Source of the DNA: Octopus vulgaris
Taxonomy: Eukaryota
Length of the DNA: 64,000 bases
Assembly: GCA_951406725.2 (NCBI GenBank)
Contig: OX597814.1
Coordinates: 195,734,001-195,798,000, forward strand
Direction of reading: 5' to 3'
Shown here in pieces: positions 53,881 to 64,000 of this stretch. The notes beneath the pieces are model-generated. The model was not told the DNA's origin. It made no database searches and was given only the letters and a program-made list of their open reading frames with translations. The first letter of the stretch is position 1, and each line of letters opens with the position of its first letter. A program made the translations under genes and the position numbers.

Positions 53881-54043
53881 GGCGCAGAAGTGGCTGTGTG
53901 GTAAGTAACTTGCTTACCAACCACACGGTTCAGGTTCAGTCTCACTGCGTGGCACCTTGGGCAAGTGTCTTCTACTATAGCCTCGGGCCGACCAAAGCCT
54001 TGTGAGTGGATTTGGTAGACGGAAACTGAAAGAACCTCGTTCG

Positions 54044-54104
<61 letters not shown>

Positions 54105-54317
54105 GTGTATGTGTGCTTGTGTGTCTGTGTTTGTCCCTCTAGCATTGCTTGACAGCCGATGCTGGTGTGTTTACGTCCCCGTCACTTAGCGGTTCGGCAA
54201 GAGAGACCGATAGAATAAGTACTAGGCTTACAAAGAATAAGTCCTGGGGTCGATTTGCTCGACTAAAGGCGGTGCTCCAGCATGGCCGTAGTCAAATGAC
54301 TGAAACAAATAAAAGAA
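53881..54317 (+). mobile_element. SINE family B, full length, abutting U6
   Basis: Head begins 1 nt after the U6 T-run. Confidence 0.9.
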
Positions 54318-55254
54318 AAAATACAAACATACGTATTTTTATATTCATACAAGCGTGTCCTAATCACTCCACTATATCATTTTGCTGTATCATTTTCCCA
54401 GCGCTTCTTCTCAGCGGCAACTTGATAGAGTTTTTGGAGTGACGGATAAAATACCATATCGCATTTACACCGACTCTGTTATCCCAATGAAGTCAACTTT
54501 GAATTTAATCCTTTCGGGATCACTAGTAAGGTACCAATTCTTGGGGCATCGGATTGGTGGAACTATAAGAACTTCGGACTCAATGCTTTCTGGTATTTGC
54601 TCCAGTACTTGCATTCTATGTTCAATGCCTCGCTATGAATTACTTGACTGCCGAGCTTAGTCCGCATTAACACGGTCACCACCGATGACTTGGGTGATTT
54701 TTGCAGAGTCCAATCTGTTGCAAGTATTCCGACCAGCTATCAAGTTTGATGACACCATCATTACTCCCGCCCATCAATCTTGGAAGACCAGCAAAATACC
54801 ATGGTCCCTTCCGTTTGTTTTTGACTACAAAATTAGGGCTACATTGCCAACCATTAAAATTCCTTTCCTTCATTTTACCTGAATAATGTTCCGTATGAAC
54901 ATGCAAGGATTTTCATCATGTCCTTATTATACGCTAAATTTTAGGTTCCATTTTCCACAATCGTCAGAATAGCGGCAGCGAGAAGCTTGGTATAATGATT
55001 TGTGAAGTTTTAGCTACCGTCAATTTATATAACTTCACTTTGGCAGTTAGTACACTTTTTTCTTCCTTTTGTTTATACTCAAGTAGTTAAATATTTATAC
55101 GCACAAATACACAAGTGCTTTTTTGCATACTCTGTCTCTGCATATTATATATGCTATATAAAATGCAGACACACACACACACAAATATATATACATGCAT
55201 ATGTGTATACGTATAGATATTATATTTCTCTACACACAAACACACACACACATT

Positions 55255-55289
<35 letters not shown>

Positions 55290-56237
55290 CAAACACACAC
55301 ATATATATATATACATACATATATATTTATATGTATATTTATACACATACACATGCATATATATATATATATATATATACATATTTATAGGTATATACAT
55401 ATACACATACACACATATTTATATGTGTATATGCATATATACATATATATCTATATGTATATTTAAACACATACACATACATATATATATATATCTATAT
55501 ACATATTTATAGGTATATACATATACACATAGATACATATTTATATGTGTATATATATTTATATGCATATATTATATATATATAATATATACATATATAT
55601 ATATATATATATTTTATATACATATATACACATACATATCTATATGTGTATATATATTTACATGTATATATTAGGTGACGATCACAAAAACAATACCGAC
55701 AAATATTTCACATACATGCATGTATGCATATCCATATATATCTACACAGACTCTTACCACCATAGAAAGACGTACACGCACGTACACACTTATACGCACA
55801 CACACACAAACACATTTCTTATAGAAGCAACTAGACAAATGTGTATGAGCTTGTGCGTATATATGTGTGCGTGTATCTGTATATGTTTGCGTGTGTGTCA
55901 TGTGAACTGGTATACAAATATGGAATAGAAAGTGTTTGAAAAAATACGATAAAAAAATTACATAAATAAAATATTACAAAATTACATTAATCAAGTGAAA
56001 CATTAAAGTTTAAAATTGCACTTGGCCTTTGTGCGTAAGAATCAAGATTCAATATTTCCTGATTCATGTTTCTCACTTTTTCATTTTATTCAGACTGATT
56101 ATTACGTTTTTACCTTGTATCATAGAAAAATGCTATGTTTAAAGATATTTCTTTAATACCATATCATATTATGTGTATATATATATATATTTATAAAATA
56201 TAATATAATATATATAATATAATATAATATTATATTT

Positions 56238-56346
<109 letters not shown>

Positions 56347-56391
56347 CTTTATTTCTTTATGTGTACCACTTCGCCATGATTTCTTTATGTA

Positions 56392-56466
<75 letters not shown>

Positions 56467-57190
56467 ATATATATATATGTGTGTGTGTGTGTATGTATCG
56501 TACTTGTTTTTATCTGTATTTCATTTTTGTTTCTTTTAGAAATAAATTTCCTTCCTTCCTACTTTCTTTGTTGTCTATTGTTTGTTTTATTATTATTTGT
56601 TTCTAAATTTGTGATTGGAAATTGTTGTGAAAACAATGGAGAAATATAGGCAATCACTGCCTGCGACTTATATAGTAATATCTATCTTCGAATAGCAAAA
56701 GAAAAAAAAAACAAAAACAAAAAAAACAATATGGAAATAAACATAAACAATAACAATAACAATACAAAAAAAATGAAAGTACAAATAAGAAATAAAAACG
56801 GAAATAGTAAAATACGAAGGAAAAGGAAAATGTGATAAAATGCCGACATCAAAGATCATATCTTGATTGTTTTGTATTTAAAAATAATAATTTCTGCTCT
56901 GAGGAATCTATAGTATACGTTAAAGATTCTTGTCAAGATTCATTAACATTTCTTGTCACCTCGTCGCCTTTGATTTGTGTTAAAGTAGGACAGAGAGATT
57001 ATTGTTACCCCGAAGATTATATACATATATTAAAAAGATATATTAAAATAAAGATAGAAAAGAAAATGGCACAGCAGAGTAAAACATGTCTACGACAGAA
57101 TGGAACGAAGCGCTGCAACATAATATTCTATTCTTTAATATAGATCCACGAGGGATTATTCAGGACAACGAATTAAAGAAAATAAAAGGC

Positions 57191-57285
<95 letters not shown>

Positions 57286-57293
57286 TAATAGTT

Positions 57294-57567
57294 GAGGCGC
57301 AATGGCCCAGTGGTTAGGTCAGCGGATTCGCGGTCGTAGGATCGCAGTTTCGATTCCAAGACCGGGCGTTGTGAGTGTTTTTTGAGTGAAAACACCTGAA
57401 AGCTCCACATGGGACCGGCAGGGGGTGGTGGTGATCCCTGCTGTACTCTTTTACCATGACTTTCTCTTACTCTTTCTTCTGTTGGCCTGCTCGCTTAGCC
57501 GGCGTGGTGGCGTCATTGGAAGGCTAAAACAATTCGAACTAATTGTGAACAGCGATGTGTAGCAACC
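57294..57567 (+). mobile_element. SINE family C with alternative tail 2
   Basis: Same head and core as 36339; diverges after CTTTCTCTTACTCTT. The tail is also seen on the minus strand at about 12725-12780. Confidence 0.8.
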
Positions 57568-57599
57568 GTGATCATGTGATGATAATGATAATAATAATA

Positions 57600-57810
57600 A
57601 TGGTTTCGAATTTTTCCACAAGGGCAGCCATTTTAGGGGAGGAGACTAGCCAGTTACGTCGATCCCCAGTGTTCCACTGGTACTTATTTCATCGATACCG
57701 ATAGGATGAAAGTCGACTTCAGCGGAATTTGAACCTAAAGCGTAGCGACAGACGAAATATCGCTAAGCATTTCGCCTGGCGTGCTAACGAGTCGGCCAGC
57801 TCGTCGCCTT
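57600..57810 (-). mobile_element. SINE family A
   Basis: Reverse complement with the alternative tail; a deleted copy follows at 57835-57992. Confidence 0.8.
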
Positions 57811-57996
57811 AAATAATAATAATAATAATAATGATTTCAAATTTTTGCTACAATGACAGCTTGCGGGAGGGGATTAAATCGATTACATCTGCCCCAGCGC
57901 GAAACATCACATATTTGAACTTAGAACGTAACGGCAGATGAAGTACAACTAAGCAACTCGCCCGGTGTGCCAACGATTCTACAAGGTCACCGTCTT

Positions 57997-58102
57997 CATG
58001 TGCCTGGTGTACCCTTATCAGACGGATATTCATGATGAGTATACTGAGCTGTGTATATTTTCCGCCAGTGTCACTTTGATGGCATGCACTGCTCTCTCAC
58101 TC

Positions 58103-58163
<61 letters not shown>

Positions 58164-58501
58164 GTAATAATAATAATAACAACTAGATCGATCCCTAAAT
58201 CTAATCAGTTTTGAATAATTCACCTCTGGAAACATGGGTGCTTCGATCAACATCCTGAAACAACCCTTATTCAGGGACCTATTGAGCCGTATGGGTTACA
58301 CGACCAGAAGAAAATTCTAACTGGGCCCTCACCTGCAAGATCATGCACTGTTTATCGTGATATGAGATCACCATGCCATGCACATATGGTTGTGATACAT
58401 GTGCCTGGTGTACCTTTATCAGACGGATAGTAATGATGGGTATACAGGGCTTCGTATATTTTACCCCAGTGTCACTTTGATGGCATGCGCTGCTCTCGGT
58501 C
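57997..58501 (+). mobile_element. two tandem 5'-truncated copies of a (TAA)n-tailed retroelement end
   Basis: 57997-58102 matches 58398-58501; each ends ...GCTCTC..TC followed by (AAT)n. Confidence 0.65.
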
Positions 58502-59045
58502 AATAATAACAATAATAATAATCACAAAAGTGCAAACAATCGTGTTAACTGGAACGACTCATGTACTGAGAAGAGCATTATCGCTGTTAACATCCATTCA
58601 TGAATTTATTATTTTTATTTAATTTTTTAGATACATATTTTATCTGTGAATTTGCATGTGTAATCTGGGAATGCATACAATGAGATTCTCTGCCTTAGGT
58701 GTACGGAAAACACACGACGAGAAATTGAAGAAAATTTGAAGAAAGACGGAAAAAAACAACAACAACTTGTTACCAAGATGAAGGATGAGGGTGACAATGC
58801 AAAGACAGACACAAAGTGTAGGGGATTACATATAATGAAATGATATAAATAAATGACAAAAAATGGGTTAGTATGCACGGTATACAAAGAAAAGCAAGGG
58901 AAATAATACAAATGCAGTACAATGAATGCAATATCGTGATTGGAATTAAACCTCCGAAAGTTAACATAACTCTAGCATTTATAACGCCGTATTAACGTGA
59001 GTTCTGATCTCAATTAAGCTTCATATATACTTATGTTATATTATA

Positions 59046-59413
59046 CTAGCAGTATCGCCCGGCGTTGCACGGGTTTCTAAGGGAAATAACTATATAAGCA
59101 TTTTTAGAGGTGTAAAGTATAATAGCCATCTCAATATGGCTAACCACAAAGGGGGGGGTGTTACTGTAGCTTTTAACGTTCTTAGATTTAATAATAAATT
59201 TTTAGAGAGTTACTTCCCTTATATATGCCAAAAATGCATTAAAAATGGGAAAAATTGATGGTAAATATTTTTTAAAATCGTAGACTCATCGTAGACGCGC
59301 GATAATACCCAGAAGGGCTCGATATGAATCACGACAATAAGATACCCGGTTTTTGTTAAACTGCACCGCAAAATGTGCGAGACAGCACACAACCTCTCTT
59401 TTATATATAAAGA
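59046..59413 (-). mobile_element. non-autonomous Helitron (copy 2)
   Basis: TC...hairpin-CTAG, A/T insertion; colinear with 8045-8421 except for one internal segment. Confidence 0.85.
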
Positions 59414-59471
59414 TTATATGTAGCCTTTACACGTCTGCATATGTTTCATCACAAAATGCAACAGCTCAGGT

Positions 59472-59921
59472 GGAGGCGCAATGGCCTAGTGGTTAGGGCA
59501 GCGGACTCGCGGTCGTAAGAACGCGGGTTCGATTCCCAGACCGGGCATTGTGAGTGTTTATTGAGTAAAAATCCCTAAGCTCCACTAGTCTCCGGCGGTG
59601 GTGGGGGCGTGAACCCCGCTGTACTCTTTCGCTTCAACTTTCTCTCACTCTTTCTTCCTACTTCTGCCACAAAGCAGAGGAACCTTGGTGCAAGCCACTA
59701 TGGTGTGGTTAACTTTCAGACCCTAGTCTAGATTGCGAATCCTCTGTAGCCCAGGGAGGTTCAGCTCTCCACCCGTTAAAAGCCACCGTTTACGGAATGA
59801 GGATAACAACGTAGCCTTCACGCCCGTGCAATCGCCAGTCTATCGCGGTGGGTGGATCTTCAAGTTGCCACACGCATTCTTAGTAGTATATTCTTTGTGG
59901 CTAATGGCGAGAGTCCTGATT
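59472..59921 (+). mobile_element. SINE family C with putative alternative tail 3
   Basis: Head GGAGGCGCAATGGCCTAGTGG, shared core to about 59657, then a different GC-richer 260 bp ending in (GAA)n. Confidence 0.65.
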
Positions 59922-60340
59922 AGAAGAAGAAGGAGAAGAAGGAGAAGAAGAAGGAGAAGGAGAAGAAGAAGAAGAAGGAGGAGGAGAAGGAAAAGGAGAA
60001 TAAGGAGGAGAAGAAGAAGGAGAAGGGGAGGAAGGAGGAGAAGAAGAAGGAGAAGAAGGAGAAGGAGGAGAAGAAGAAGGAGAAGAAGAAGGAGAAGGAG
60101 AAGAAGTAGGAGAAGTAGAAGGAGAAGGAGGAGAAGTAGAAGAAGAAGGAGAAGAAGGAGAAGGAGAAGAAGGAGGAGAAGAAGAAGAAGAATATGAAGG
60201 AGAAGGAGAAGGAGAAGGAGGAGGAGGAGAAGGAGAAGGAGGAGAAGGAGGAGAAGGAGAAGAAGGAGAAGGAGAAGAAGGAGAAGAAGAAGGAGAAGAA
60301 GGAGAAGAAGGAGAAGAAGAAGGAGAAGAAGAGGGAGAAG
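59922..60340. repeat. (GAA/GGA)n purine-only tract
   Basis: About 420 bp that is almost pure A/G on the plus strand. Confidence 0.95.
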
Positions 60341-60764
60341 ACAACAGCTCAGTGTGAAGTTATGTTCTTTTTCCTTTTTTTGGGAGGGATTCCTATGACT
60401 TTCTGAACTATTGATACCCAGGAGGTACATCTTGAGGTCAATGTTGACTTTTCAGGTTATTTTTACACCAAAAAGAAAAAAAAGTTATAATTGTTCTATT
60501 AGTTATAGAAACTGAAAATTTGGAAAATAATATGATAAATGATTCATGACAGTGTCTGTCTGTTCTGTTGGGTGAGGAAGGAATGATCAAAATATTCGAA
60601 ACGATTTTGATTGCTGGTTTGAGAAACATTACAGTGTAACAAGTATAGTTCTAAGATATATATATGCACGCGTGTGTTTAAGAAGCTCGTTTTGCAACAA
60701 AGAGCTTTCAGGTTCAGTCCCACAGTAGGGAAACTTGGCCAGATGTATTCTACTATAGCGCCGT

Positions 60765-61312
<548 letters not shown>

Positions 61313-61343
61313 AATATATATATACATATATACATACATATAC

Positions 61344-61383
<40 letters not shown>

Positions 61384-61574
61384 ATAATAACAATATTAAT
61401 AATGATATTTATTCTACATTATATCGATACAGCTAGGTGCAACCCCCCAAAACTGATTGACTTGTCAACTTCATTAAACTGTAGCCAGGATAATGAATAG
61501 GCACTTTAATTGCATATCGAAAATATTACACACACACATGCGCGCGCGCACACACACACGCACTGAAGTTCAGT

Positions 61575-61693
61575 AAAAATTTAGATTCAGATGAATATTG
61601 TACTTAAGTTTGAGGCACCAGAATTTAGTATGGTATTATCCATACAATTTAAAATAAAGTGATTATAATCAAAATAAGCAACAAGGATATCCA
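61575..61693 (-). mobile_element. short PLE fragment
   Basis: Reverse complement of about 41345-41465. Confidence 0.65.
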
Positions 61694-61786
61694 TTTTTGA
61701 TATATATATGCCATATTAATATGGCGATAACAATAATTTCCAGTAACGCTGCCGTAATCTCTTTTAGAGAGACTTAGTAGAATATT

Positions 61787-61820
<34 letters not shown>

Positions 61821-61859
61821 CATATATATGATGATGTATGTATGTATATATATATATAC

Positions 61860-61896
<37 letters not shown>

Positions 61897-61999
61897 TTGC
61901 TATTATGCAAAAGTGTCGTAAGTCCAAAACGTTCCTTATTCAGAAAACGAAAAAATAGTTCTACTATTCCTTTTCTTTTTACATTAGCAATAGTTTCAT

Positions 62000-62225
62000 A
62001 TTTCTTTATTGCCCACAAGGGGCTAAACACAGAGGGGACAAACAAGGATAGACAAAGGGATTAAGTCGATTACATCGACCCCAGTGCGTAAATGGTACTC
62101 ATTTATCGACCCCGGAAGGATGAAAGGCAAAGTCGACCTCGGCGGAATTTGAACTCAGAACGTAACAGCAGACGAAATACGGCTACACAGTTCGCCCGGC
62201 GTGCTAACGTTTCTGCCAGCTCGCT
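62000..62225 (-). mobile_element. monomeric SINE family A
   Basis: Head, core and tail on the minus strand. Confidence 0.9.
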
Positions 62226-62921
62226 TAGTTTCAGCTTAACAATAATACTTTGTTGGATGCATGAAATTTGGACATACAGCAGGGTAACATAATAGCAAAG
62301 ATATATATTTACGTATATATGTATTTATGTATATAGGTGCAAGCGAGACTGTGTGGTAAGAAACCGCGATCCTACGACCACGAGTCCGCTGCCCTAACCA
62401 CTGGGCCATTGCGCCTCCACAGCTTAACAATAATACTTTGTTGGATGCATAAAATCCTAACTCCATGAAGGTTCATTTCCACGTTAACCCATATTTGCTC
62501 AACAGTCGTATGTGGTACTTAGTATATTTTTGAAAAATGCTAAACCGTTGTACTATATTTCAGTAATTTTCATCTGAAGCACCTCGAGATACGATAGTTT
62601 GACCATAAGAACCGGCTATTGCAAGCAAAATTAAATATTCGAAAAAAAAAAAAACGCATTTGGCGAAATTTGGACATACAGCAGATTAACATAATAGCAA
62701 AGATATATATTTATGTATATATGTATTTATGTATATAGGTGCAGGCGAGACTGTGTGGTAAGAAGTTTGCTTCCCAACAACATGGTTCCGGGTGCAAAAC
62801 CTATCACCTCGTGATACCTTGGTCAAGTAGTCTTCTCTATTTCTAGGTTTCTTCTTATGAGGTTCATTTCCACGTTAACCCATATTTGCTCAACATTTCT
62901 ATGAATCAAAATTATGTATTA

Positions 62922-63507
62922 TTTTCTACTCTAGGCACAAGGCCAGAAATTTTGGGGGTGGGGGCCAGTCGATGAGATCGACCCCAGTATGCAACAGGTA
63001 CTTAATTTATCGAACCCGAAAGGATGGAAAGCAAAGTAATGTAAAGACAGACGAAATACCACCAAGCATTTCGCCCGGCGTGCTAACGCTTCTTATTTCT
63101 TCATTGCCCACAAGGGCTAAACACAGAGGGGACAAACAAGGACAGACAAAGGGATACAGTAGATTATATCGACTTCAGTGCGTAACTGGTACTTAATTTA
63201 TCAACCCCGTAAGGACGAAAGGCAAATTCGACCTCGGCGGAATTTAAACTCAGAACGTAGCGGCAGACGAAATACCTATTTCTTTACTACCCACAAGGGG
63301 ATGAACACAGAGAAGACAAACAAAGACAGACAAATGGATTAAGTCGATTATATCGACCCCAGTGTGTAACTGGTACTTATTTAATCGACCACGAAAGGAT
63401 GAAAGGCAAATTCGACCTTGGCGGAATTTAAACTCAGAACGTAACGGCAGAAGAAATACCGCTAAGCATTTCGCCCGGCGTGCTAACGTTTCTGCCAGCT
63501 CGCCCCC
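62922..63507 (-). mobile_element. multimeric SINE family A
   Basis: Head at about 63505, junction GACGAAATACCTATTTC at about 63267-63283, then a further partial copy with the alternative tail. Confidence 0.85.
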
Positions 63508-63659
63508 TTGATAAAATAAATATTCTTTTCTACTCTTGGCACAAGACTCGAAATACCCGTCGTGATAACGTTTCTGGAAGCTCACTGCCTTAATCGAGAT
63601 TATATATTGCAGCATTGACAGACATGCAAAAGAGCATAGTACATGCATTTACGTGTAAT

Positions 63660-64000
63660 GTCTGTGAGTGTGCACGTGTGTGTGCATGTGTACGTGTGCA
63701 TGTGTATGTGTGTGTGTACGTGTGTGTGTGTGTACGTGTGTGTGCACGTGTGTGTGTACGTGTGTGTATGTGTGTGTACATATAAATGTACGTGTGTGTG
63801 TAAGTGTGTGTGTACGTGTATATGTACGTATATGTGTACGTGTGTGAGTGTGTACGTGTGTGTACGTGTGTGTACGTGCATGTGTGTGTATGTATGTGTA
63901 CGTGTGTGTGTGTGTATGTGTGTGTACGTGTATGTGTACGTTTATGTGTATGTGTGTTTGTGTGTACGTGTGTGTGTGTGTACGAATGTGTGTACGTGTG
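63660..64000. repeat. (GT)n tract punctuated by GTAC
   Basis: Directly visible; runs off the window. Confidence 0.95.

Noticed and set aside
54660-54906. GC-richer unique segment with overlapping 60-76 aa ORFs
   Set aside because: No recognisable motif in any frame and no clear exon boundaries.

Overview
AT-rich, extremely microsatellite-dense eukaryotic non-coding DNA (intron or intergenic). The repeat complement looks cephalopod, most likely Octopus; this is inferred from the SINE types and the (TA)n/(CA)n/(TACA)n density, not proven. I could not support any host protein-coding exon. Nearly all listed ORFs are translations of microsatellites or of repeated SINEs. The window holds four tRNA-derived SINE families (here A-D), several Penelope-like element (PLE) fragments with GIY-YIG endonuclease remnants, inverted arms and minimal hammerhead ribozyme (HHR) motifs, R4/Dong-like and RTE LINE fragments, three mariner relics, an internally deleted Tc1 element, two mariner-type MITEs, two non-autonomous Helitrons, and a full-length decayed U6 snRNA copy fused to a SINE. 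The most interesting signals are: a 5 x 183 bp multimeric SINE bounded by one 18 bp target-site duplication, whose unit junction recurs at other loci; a 352 bp-period repeat carrying an intact-core hammerhead (retrozyme-like); the U6-SINE fusion; a 117 bp locally templated patch inside a mariner; and modular tail swapping and SINE-LINE tail sharing. All alignments were done by eye, so boundaries are approximate unless a TSD or TIR is quoted.
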